Shown: positions 12,901 to 24,900 of the stretch, in pieces | Layout: each line of letters begins with the position of its first letter | How positions within the stretch are numbered: the first letter of the stretch is position 1 | DNA from: Catajapyx aquilonaris | Lineage: Eukaryota | Direction of reading: 5' to 3' | Length of the DNA: 40,899 nt | Assembly: GCA_000934665.2 (NCBI GenBank) | Contig: JYFJ02003487.1 | Location: 1-40,899, forward strand | Notes under the pieces: model-generated | What the model was told of the DNA's origin: nothing | Seen by the model: only the letters and a program-made list of their open reading frames with translations | Database searches by the model: none | Position numbers and translations under genes: made by a program

Positions 12901-15900
12901 GAAAGCGAAAGCAGCTGTTAACGCCATTTGGCCTTCACTTCTGAGGCTTAAATTACGGGATTTCAAGGTGGCAATGAAAATATTCACAGCCAGAGTAATA
13001 CCATCGCTGACTTACGCATTTCCGGTATGGGGCCGCAATATTTGGATAATTTGGAGATTGCCCAAAATTACTTTGTCAAAAAAAAATTTGCTCTCCCGAA
13101 CAGCACGGCCGGTTACTACCTACGACTTGAGCTTGGTATTGGACATCTTAAACCACAACTGCTGAAAAGAATATGCTCTTATGTTAGGAAGCTCAAACGG
13201 GAGCAAGAGGACACTCTTTTGAGCAGCGCTTTCCGAAGCCTAACCTCCAGCAAATTACCGGTCGGGTGGGCGACACATGTCAACAACAAGTTGGCACTGA
13301 TAGGCACGGCTATTGAGTCAGTAGATACAGTCGACGTTGCTTTGAACCTGATCAACTACAAACAGACCTTGAGGGAGGCAGACTTTGCAGCATTAAGTCT
13401 CTCGCAAAGATATGAACATTATCACCAAACCTTCCAAATGTACCCTGAAATCCGGTGGCCTACATACAATTTGCCATTGCCAATGCAACGCTTTCTAATC
13501 AATTTAAGGCAGGGATCCAACTATCTGGCCCTTGGGAAGCATTCCTTTAAAATAGATGAAGACACTAGTTGTGAGTACTGCAACCTCCAATCCCCCTTCA
13601 CCCTATGGCATTTATTGCGTGAATGCCCACTGTTTTCCGCAGTGACTGGTTTGAATCAGCAATGTTTAGAGCGCTATCCAATTGACCGCTTTCATCTGAG
13701 CTGGGCTGACTTGTCAGCGATGGAAGTCTTTCAGCTGGATCAATTTTTTCATGTATTAGTGTTCTTGCCCCACATTGACCTTAGCATTTGTTTTCTTTCT
13801 TTTTTTTCTTTTTTGATGTGTAAACATGATTATGACGGCCTGTCCCCCCCCTATATTGGCAATTGCCACAGGGGGTACCACAAATAAATAAATAAATAAA
13901 TAAATAATGACCCGGTGATGCCCACCAGGGTGCAGCCAGGGACCAACACTCTGGGACTTGGCGATGGACACCTGGTTCGAGATAGCGTTGCGGGCCACGA
14001 CAAATGGCATCCGTCTCTTGCTGCAGGCCTACGCGGACGACCAGGTGGTACTTATCATGGCCACTTCGATTACGAAAATAGAGAGGGAGTGGTGTGACCT
14101 GGAGCCTCATTTGAAGACGTGGGCTGCAGACATGGAGCTTGCGTATAACACAAGGAAGACCTAGGGACTTTCCTTCCCTTGGCGTAGAGTCCAATCCAGC
14201 AGCTAGGCAACTGGAACCAAACATCACTTTCCTGGGGGAGAAGGTGGAGCTGAAGGAGTCAGTGAGGGTCGTTGGCCTTCGGATGGACCCGGGTTTAACG
14301 TGGAAACCGCATGTCAGATGGGTCCGAGACAAAGTCAAAAAGCTGGCTGCTGGAATCTGGAGGGTGGGTCGCCAGAACTGGGGTATGACCCCCAGTATTA
14401 GACGTCATGTGTTGATGTGGGCCATCCTGCCATGCTAAGCTATGGGTCGGAAGTGTGGGTACGTCGAGCCAGAGGCTACTGGAACACCAGACACCTTCGT
14501 AGTTTTTGCAAATATTTACTTGGCCCGTCATGAACAAAATATGAACCATTTTTTCATTCATTCAAATTGTATAAAAACTCGGAAGTGTCCGTTCCAGCAC
14601 AGTGACAAGATGTTTGCTCATCAGAGCAGAAATACATATTACTGTTGTGCACACTTTTCAGCGCAATAGTTTGCACAGATATTGTTTCCTACCTTATCTT
14701 ATTAGCTGCAAATTTTTCCACAGTTGTGATAATAGAACTCTTCTTGTAAGTGTGTCTTTTCCCGTTGTATTAACAGAGAGCAAGCCATGTCCCGACGATT
14801 GGGAATACTACGGAGATCACTGCTATCGCGTTTATAAAGAAAACCGAACCTGGAACGATGCTCTAAGTACTTGCCGAGGATTAAATCATGGAGCTGACTT
14901 GGCCAGTTTCCACAGTGATATCGAAGCTAACCTAGTGACAAGTAAGTCAATAATTTGCAAATACATTAAAACTTGAATCAACAAAGTCACAAAGGTTTAT
15001 CACATTATCCTGTATGTAAGGAATATGAGTTTGTCCAATATGTATTCTGATGTACACTCATTGAGTCATGAGAAAACTGTCTGTCTATTAGAGAGGATTC
15101 CATATTACGGCTCTTTATTTTTTAAACATGTGTTTCTGGTGTTCAATACATTCCATTGAATTTCATATTTAAATTTTCAGAGCATTTTTATAGAGATATG
15201 TGGATTGGACTCGTTGTTCTGGAGAAGCCAAGGAACTACACATGGAGTGATGGTAGTAAAGTCGTTGAGAGATATCTCGGTTGGGAAAACCCTAAACCCA
15301 GCTCTGCTGAAGATAAGTGCACAGAACTACTAGAGGAAAACGGGAAATTGAACCACAAGAAGTGCAACACTTCATTGAACTTCATCTGTGAATTCGGAAA
15401 CCAGACAGGTAAATATGGGTGTTAATAGTGATATTTTCAGGTCCGTGGAAATGGTTTACATGGATTGGTTCCAGATTAGACTTTTTCGAAGGAAATTTTT
15501 TTATAGAACATCAGTCTGTCTGTCTGTGGACAGGTCTCAGACAGACAGCCGTGCTATAAGACTTTTTTCAAGCCCCCTGGCTGCCCCCACTGTCCCCAAC
15601 CCCCGACCGCCCATTTCCCCCAGAGAAGACAGACAGACAGTGCCATGCTACAATCCTTTTTTTCAATTTTTGTGGTCTGGGTTCACTCTATCCTCCCCTT
15701 CCCCATGGCTACTTCCTTCCCCCACCACCCCCTCCCCCAGATGACCCTTTCCCCCCACCGTGACGGACGTTGGGGACAATAGCAGTAAACATGAAAAAGT
15801 CTACTCTAATCACTCTCACGTGATTTGCCAATCTTGTTTAGGAGAATGTCCGACTGACTGGATGAAGATAGGATCCAGTTGCTACTACTTTTCGACGTTC

Positions 15901-18900
15901 CCGGCCTACTGGACAGCTGCAAGGAATCATTGTGTGCTAAATAAAAGTGCAGATTTGGTCAATAAAAGTGCAGATTTGGTCAGCTTCGGTGAAGAAGATG
16001 AGCAGTCTAAACTAGCAAGTAAGTCACTCTTAGACGAGGAATTAAGTACGACTTCAACCTATAAAAAAATAACTGTAATTAATCTGGACGCTTCTTCAGG
16101 TGATATGGTTGAAGCCATTTGCATGGACATTGAAGCTAGCATAGAGATAAATAAGTGAATAATTTGCAAACATCTTAAAACTTGAACTAACAAAGGTGTA
16201 TTGAATTATCCTGCATGGAATATCATTTTGTCCAATATTTATTGGTGATTATTGGTGCCATTTATTATTGCAAGCAGATCCTGCTGCTACAAAATATTGG
16301 TATTAATCAGTAACATGTTCGGAAAATTAAAAATGCACTGCACCTCGTATTAGGCCTACAACTTAGCAGAATGGGAAATTGCTATTAAAATACAATCCCC
16401 CTCTTGCGTCAATGCCTTTCATTTATTTCAGGGGTTCTCAGCTGATGTCCCGGGGACCACCTTTGGCCCGCTAACTCGTAGCATCCAAAATAATGCATAA
16501 TAAAATTTCGATCATGCAAACTCATACTAAGCTTCGGACATGATTTTATCAATTGTATGGCCCGGTATGGCCAGCGACCCCTAAGAAGTTACGCGTCCCA
16601 GATTCCTAATTAGTAATAATATAATCAGGTAATGGCCGTTGGCTGTAGCTCCCTGTCTCAAGGTAAAAGGAGAATGGTACTGTCAAAGAAAACAAGGAAG
16701 AATCACCTCACCTGAGATGATGTCGCACTCACAGAGAAGGGGACGCATTTTAAAAATTATTCCCAGTTGCAGTGTTAACTTGCAATTACAGTATGCCGTT
16801 CATAGTGTCCGAAGCTCATAATTATTACGATCCACACAATCTGAGTGAAATGCGGCATCATGCATTGACGCAGTGGCAGACGTCATTTCAGCAGGAACGC
16901 ATGGGCAAGAATAGGGTTGCATTGGCCTAGTCCGCAGTTGAAGATGACAAAGAGGCAAGGAAAGGAGAGGAGTTTTGCTCCATTGTTTACCCCCAGCATC
17001 GAGTTGCTAGCGATCAATTATTGCAACAAACGATGGCGGCCATGTTAACCTGTTGGTGATTGTTGATGTGGGTTTAAATCAGTTGCCAGGGTAAACAACA
17101 ATAGGGGTCTTTCCCTGCAGTCCCACCCTCTTCTTGACATTTCGGCCTTGATTTCGGCAGTGCTAAGCAGCCTTTTGTAAACTGCGCATAAACAATGTGG
17201 TGCATTTATTGCCTTTTCCCAGATCGTCCTTATTCATGCCTTGCACTGACACCGTCATTCTGACATGCAACGTGCACCAATAATGGGGAACTAGCCTTGG
17301 TCTGGGATTTGGGATTTTTGTTCATAACTAGCTAGCCCATGTCTGCAACATACATTCCATCACTCTGTTGCATCAATATGACATTACTGGATAAATTACG
17401 GCACATTTAAAAGTGCCTTCAAAATTGGCGGGAAAAACGGAGGAGCCGGGTGGTGCCAATCGAAAGGGTACACTGAAATGCCTGGTTGACTGCGAGATAT
17501 GAGGAATTTGATTTAGAATTTACCGCGGACGCGACGGAAAGCATTCGCAAGGCGGCTGTAGGCCATCGAGGTGGAGAAGGGGGACCTTTATGTGCCTAAT
17601 TCAGGAGACAGATATTTCCGACCTGGTGGCATCACTGCCACGTACAAAGCGGTTTGAGCTGCTTAGAGTAAAAACTCGCCCGTTACCTGGCAACTAAGTA
17701 AACACTTGGACTGCTAAAATGCCCAGCCGTGTCCATTTTACGACCATGCCGGGGCGCGTTCTATAACATCATTTTTGCGTTCATTTCACTTCGCGTGACG
17801 TCAACATTTTCGAGGAAAACAGTGACGTCACCATTTTCCCACGAAAAAACGCCAATATCTCCGCAACTGAAACTGATATCTTAAAACGGAATACCCCAAG
17901 AAAAATTCAAAAATTATGGGCGAATTTATTATGTAGTTTCCAAAATGAAGGCTAGTTCCCCATTATGCCAAAATTCAACAGACGATGCTATGCAAATGCA
18001 GGCGACAAAATCAAGGAACCCGGAATATGCTGCCACCAAGGTCACGCAAGCCTAGTTCAGGGAAAACATAAGGTAGCACACGGACCCGGGTTAAAAGTGT
18101 GGGGGGATAGACGGCCTTGGTCTCACATAGATAAGGCAAAGCGCAAGCATTCACACTGTCTTTGTCTACGTATTAGAGAAGACTCTATATTGCAGTAGTT
18201 TCATTTTTGAACATGTGCTTCTGGTGTTCTATACATTCCGTTGAATTGCATATTTCAATTTTCAGAGCATTTGTATCTGCACATGTGGATTGGGCTCATT
18301 GTTCGGGCTAAGCCAATCAACTACATATGGAGTGATGGCATGCGAGTGGATGAGGATTATCTCGATTGGGAAAACCCTAAACGCAACTCTGGTGACGGGA
18401 AGTGCACAGAACTACGAGAGAAAGGAGAGAAATTGAACCACGAGAAGTGCGACACTGAATTGAAATTTATCTGTGAATTAAAAAACCAGACAGGTAAATA
18501 TGGGTGTTAATAATGTTATTTTCAGGTCCGTGGAAATGGTTTACATGGATTGGTTCCATTTTTAATAGATTGTCTGACTAACTGGACGAAGATAGGATCG
18601 AGTTGCTACTACTTTTCGTTTGACAAGCTCTCGTGGGACAAAGCAAGGCGTCATTGCGTGCTAAATGAAGCTGCGAATTTGGCCAGTTTCAGTTACCCAA
18701 AGGAGCAGTCTGAACTAGCAAGTAAGTCATTCTTAGACGAGGAATTAAGTATGACTTCAACCTATTAAAAAATTACTGTAATTAACCTGGACTTTTTCAG
18801 GTGATATGGTTGAAGCCATTTGCATGGACATAGAAGCTAACAAAGAGATAAATAAGTCGATAGTTTGCAAATATCTGAAAACTTGAACTAACAAAGTCAC

Positions 18901-21900
18901 AAAGGTTTATTGCTTTATCCTGCATGGAATATCATCTGGTCCAATATTTATTCTGATCAGGGATGGAAAAAGAACCAAAGAATCGGTTCTTTTTCCATCC
19001 TTGATTCTGATGTAACTCTCATTGATGTGTCAGAAAACTGTCTTTGTCTATTAGACAATAGTTCAATATTTCAGGACTTTAATTTTCAAACGTGTTTCTG
19101 GTGTTCAATACATTCCGTTGAATTGCGTATTTCAATTTTCAGAGCATTTGCGTGAGCACATGTGGATTGGACTCTCTTCCCTAGGTAGATACAGTTATAC
19201 ATGGAGTGATGGTACTGTAGTGAATAGGGAGTATATCAAGTGGGGGCCAGGTGAGGGCAAAAACTTTGACGAGAAATGCGTTATACTCAAGAGGGGTCCA
19301 CCAGAGGTATTGCAAGACTTTCCCTGCGATGTTCAATTTTACTTTGTCTGCGAAAAAAAAGAGCCAGGTAAATATGGGTGTTAATAATGATATTTTCATG
19401 TCCGTAGGAATGTTTTACATGGATTGGTTCCATTTTTAGTAGGATGTCAGAAGCAGTGGCTGAATGGATCATCCACTTGCTACTACTTTTCGGGTGATAA
19501 GAGAAGTTGGACAGATGCGCAGACGTTTTGCAGGAATGAGAAATTTTGTGATTTGGTCAGTTTCAGTGACGCAGAGGAGCAGGCTTTCCTAGCAGGTAAG
19601 TATTCTGAGACAAAGAATTACGTTAGACTTCAACATTTTAAAAAATTGCTGTAATTAACCTTGACTGTTTTTCAGAGCTAATGAAAGTGGCTACGGATAG
19701 ATGGGCGCCCAGTAAGTCAATAATTTAAAAATATATTAAAACTTGAACTAACAAAGTCACAAAGGTTTATCACATTATCCTGCATGGAATATCAGTTTGT
19801 CCAATATTTATTCTTTTGTAACCTTCATTGATGTGTCAGAATACTGTCCTTGTTTATTCGAGATGATTCCATATTACAGTACTTTAATTTTTGAACATGT
19901 GTTTCTGATGTTCGTTGAATTGCATATTTCAATTTTCAGCTTATACACAAGTGTGGACTGGACTCAATTCCTTGGACATATGGGCATATAGTGATGGTAA
20001 CAAATATGTTAAGGAATTTATCGCTTGGGGTGATCGTCAACCCACCTCTAATGACGATAAGTGCATAGGAGTCACCCTATACAAAACGAGTCAAACAGAG
20101 GCATTGAGAGCCTGGATGTGCATAAGAGAATTGAAATTTATATGTGAATTAAAAGACCAGACAGGTAAATATGGGTGTTAATAATGATATTTTCTGGTCC
20201 TTAGAAAAATGTTTTACATGGATTGGTTCCATTTTTAATAGATTGTCTGACTAACTGGACGAAGATAGGATCGAGTTGCTACTACTTTTCAACTGTCAAG
20301 CGCAAATGGGAAGATGCGGTTGCTTATTGCAGGAACCTGAATAAAAGTGCAGATTTGGTCAGCTTCAGGGAGAAAGGGGTGCTGTCTGAAGTAGCAAGTA
20401 AGTCATACTTGGAGAAAGAATTACGTACGACTTCCAACATAAATAACAAATTACTGCAATTAACCTAGACTCTTTTTCAGGTGATATGGTTGAAGCCATT
20501 TGCATGGACATAGGATCTGACATAGAGATAAATAAGTGAATAATTTGCAAATATATTTAAACTTGAACAAGCGAAGTCACAAAGGTTTATTGCTTTATCC
20601 TAGATGGAATATCAGTTTGTCCAATGTACGCGCATTGATGTGTCAGAAAAATGTCTTTGTATATTAGAGAAGATCCCATAATTATTGCAGTACTTTGATT
20701 TTCGAATCACATATTTCAATTTTCAGAGCATTTGCGTGATAACATGTGGATTGGACTCACTGCCCTGGACAACCCAATCAAATATAATTGGACTGATTCT
20801 ACTCACGTGGAGGAGAGTCATCTCACTTTTGATGGAACTGATCCCAAGTATGATGTAAAGAAGTGCATAGAACTAAGCAATACAGGGAAATTGATCTACA
20901 CTGAATGCAACAATGAATTTAACTTTGCCTGCAAATCAACAAACGGGACTGGTAAATATTGGTGTTGATAATGATATCTTCATGTCCGTAGAAATGTTGT
21001 ACATGGATTGGTTCCATTTTTAGGAGGATGCCCGCCTGACTGGTGGAGTATAGAATCCAGTTGCTACTACTTTTCGACTGTCAAGTGCAATTGGGCTGAT
21101 GCGAAGAAGGATTGCGAGATAAATAAAAGTGCAGCTTTGGTCCATTTCAGTTACCCAAAGGAGCAGTCTGAACTAGCAAGTGAGTCATTCTTAGAATTAA
21201 GTACGACTTCAACATAAATAACAAATTATCGCAATTAACCTGGACTGTTTTTCAGGTGATATGGTTGAAGCCATTTGGATGGGCATAGAATGTAACATAG
21301 AGATAAATAAGTCAATTATTTGCAAATATCTTAAAACTTGAACTAACAAAGTCACAAAGGTTCATTGCATTATCCTGCATGGAATATTATTTGATCCAAT
21401 ATTTATTCTGATGTACTTTCATTGATGTGTCTGAAAACTGTCTTTGTCTATTATAGAAGATTCCATATTGCAGCACTTTAATTTTCATACATGTGTTTCT
21501 GGTGTTCAATACATTCCGTTGAATTTCAAATTTCAATTTTCAGAGCATTTGCATGATCGCATGTGGATTGGTCTCTTTATCCTGGACGAACCAATCAAAT
21601 TTAATTGGACTGATTCTACTCCAGTGGAAGAGAGTTATCTCACTTCTGATGTAACTAATCTCTTGTTTGATAATGAGAAGTGCATAGAGCTCAACATAAT
21701 GGGGAAATTGATCTACACTGAATGCAACAATGAATTCAACGTTGCCTGCAAATTAACAACCATGACTGGTAAATATTGGTGTTGATAACGATATTTTCAT
21801 GTCCGTAGAAATGTTTTACGTGGATTTGTACCATTTTTAGGAGCATGTCCCCCTGGCTGGAAGAGGAGACTGTTCAGTTGCTACTACTTTTCAACTGTCA

Positions 21901-24900
21901 AGCTCAATTGGACAGCTTCGATTAGTTATTGCAGGGGCTTGCAAGAAAGAGCAGATTTGGTCAGTTTCCATGACCAATTGGAGCGGTCATACGTAGCAAG
22001 TAAGTCATTCTTGTACAGAGAATTACGTACGACTTCCACATCAATAAAAAATTGTTGTAATTAACTTGGACTGTTTTTCAGGTGACATGATTGATGATGA
22101 CGTGTGGATAGGCCTTCATTACAATTCTGATGATGATGAGTGGATGTGGACGGACAGAAGTGCAAATGACTACCGCGGATGGGATACAGAGGATCCCCAT
22201 TGTTTGGACACCGACCAGTGTACCAAGATAGTTTTCCAAAAAGACTGGAAGCACCTTCCTTACGGAGGTGAATCCCATCACTTTGTCTGCAAATCCGCTC
22301 TGCGAGGTACGGACATTTTATTTACAAATAATGTATCATCACATCACTGCACTTTTAATGAAGCCAACCCATGGCCCTCTGAATGGATCAGAAATGACCC
22401 GAACTTCTCTCGAGATAAACTGCAGGCTCTTCAGGAATGTGGCAATTTAGACGAATGAGCTATTCTGGTTACAATGGTTGATGAACATGAATACAACTTT
22501 GTTAAAGAAACATGTATTGTGTACAGTAGCACATTCAAAACCTGTGAATAGCTCATCTTTACGATGTGTAGGATCATTTTCCGATTATCTGGGGACACTC
22601 GTGCAGTCATTAGCCCGGATAATTGTGAGGACAGTGTAATTCCAGGGTGGTTAAGATTCCCTGCGATGTGGCTGTGAAAGCTTTCACCTGCACTATGGTA
22701 AGATACACTTACTTCGTACACTTTTCTTCGACTGGCAAGTTTAGGATTGCATAAGACCACTTTATTGCCAGGGGCAAGTCAACGATAGCAGCCTTATGGT
22801 CTACGCTAGTTCAATTGAAAGTCTGTAATCTCTCCACACCTCATTGAAGCTGTTCTCGGCCCAAATTGCTCCAATCGTTTTATACAATGCTCATGTATGG
22901 AGTCTTGATTATTCAATAGAAACAGAACGATTGCAGCTGTTCTTCATCAAGCTATTCCTATCTCTCCCACCTAACACATGTGGCAAACTACGTATTTGTA
23001 CGTTTAGAATCTGGCCGCAGCACTTTCGTTGTCAATGTCTTCAAAATTATGCTTCAATGGCAGATCAGACTAACAAACATGCCATATGACCAGTTGCCAA
23101 AGAGATGTTTCCATTATGCGGTGAAGAATGGATTACTGTACAAAGCTAACTGCTTTTGACAAAGTCGCTTCTCTTTTGTCAAAAGCAGGCAATACATGGG
23201 ACTATAGTGACCGGCAGGCACGCCATCCCCTGCCGGCTTCACGTCAGGGGCAAATGTCCCCTGACTCTCATCGGCCTCATAACCTATCCTGTCCCCTGCT
23301 CTTTTTCTGCTCTTTTTCCCTCCAAAAACCGTCAAGGCCAGAGTCTCCCAACTCTGGCTGGATCTCCACAAGGTCCGTGCCTTGACTATAAAAGCAGCAC
23401 CAAGGCCCGGGCCACTTCACTTCAGCTGCAGCCTTCAACGAGGAACACCGACTCCGAGCTCCACAGCAGCCACGGCCTACGAGCTCAGCAGCAGCAGCGC
23501 ATCGAACAACCGGTCCTTCTCAGGACCAACATAACAAACGGCCCTTTTCAGGGCCAACACGAGCATCCGTAAAGGGTCACCAAATTGGTGACCCCGACGT
23601 GACCCGAACCAGACGACCGGCCGAGTGATGGCTCCTCCACGGACGTCCGCCGCCACTGCACCTGTGAAGATTCCGCCATTCTGGCCAGAAGACCCGCAAC
23701 TGTGGTTCGCCCAGGTTGAGGCACAGTTCGCCGTCCGGGGAATCACAGCGGAGAAGGCCAGGTTCGACCATGTGCTGGCCTCCCTCGCCCCAGAAGTCGC
23801 CACCCAGGTCCGGGACATCATCATGCACCCGCCCAGCACCGAGCAGTACACCGCCCTTAAGGGGGCACTCATCTCCTGCACCACCGTGTCAGAGTCCCAG
23901 TGTCTGCAGCAGCTGCTGCGAGACATGGACCTGGGTGACCAGCGACCGTCGCAGCTGCTGCGTCGTTTTGAGCAGCTGTACGACAGGCAGCTCAATGAGG
24001 AGCCCATCTTCCGGGAGCTTTTCCTGCAGAAGCTGCCGCAGCAGGTGCGGCTCGTCCTGGCCGCGACACCAGAACAGTCACTCAACCAGTTGGCGGCCAT
24101 GGCCGACAAGCTCACAGATGCTGTCCAACTGCCGTCGGCATCATCTGCCGCAGCCGTCGCCATCCCTGCTGCAGAGGGGCAGCCTCCGGCCGCCGACACT
24201 TCCGGCCTCGAAGAGCTGCGCTCCAATGTAGCAGCGTTGACCGCGGCGGTCCAGAAGCTGGCAGCCGGACACCGTCGGCCTACCAGAATCCGCCCTGCGG
24301 CACGTCCGAAGCCTTCGCCAGCCCCCGTCCGTGCTGCCGCCCAACAAGCAGGTGACCAGACCATATGCTGGTACCACGCAGAATTTGCGGAGAACGCCCG
24401 CATCTGCCGGCAGCCCTGCTCATTCATGATGGGAAACGACAACTAGAGTTGGCGTCGGCAGCATCCAACTCATCACCCAGCCCTTGCAGCCGCCTCTTCA
24501 TCCGCGACCGTCGTACCAAATTTCACTTCCTGATCGACACGGGCGCTGCCCTGAGCATCCTTCCTGCTTCCTCTTCCGACCTGCCTAACCTTCAGCCCCT
24601 GGCGTTAGAAGCAGCGAACCAGAGCACAATTCATTCAGACCTATGGGCAGCGCCTTCTCACCTGTTCCCTCGGACTACCCCGTACCTTCCAATGGCTCTT
24701 TACAATAGCCAGCATACCCCTGCCCATCATCGGTGCCGACTTCCTGCAGAATTTCAACCTGGCTGTTGATCTCCGCGCCAGGAAGCTCGTCGACCTCGAC
24801 AAGCATGTATCGGTCATCGGCTGTCTCCGCCGAACCTCCGCCATCAACCTCAAGCAGAAGCTGGATTCGCCTGACCCGTATGCTGCATTACTGCGCCAGT

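Noticed and set aside
14777..22306. CRISPR-like or satellite repeat array
   Set aside because: The repeats are ~0.8 kb exon-intron units of a eukaryotic gene. There are no short repeat-spacer units and no cas genes.
23477..24442. 321-aa minus-strand ORF
   Set aside because: Antisense shadow of the GC-rich gag. The 370-aa ORF at 34806-35918 is likewise a shadow of the Cys-rich exon.
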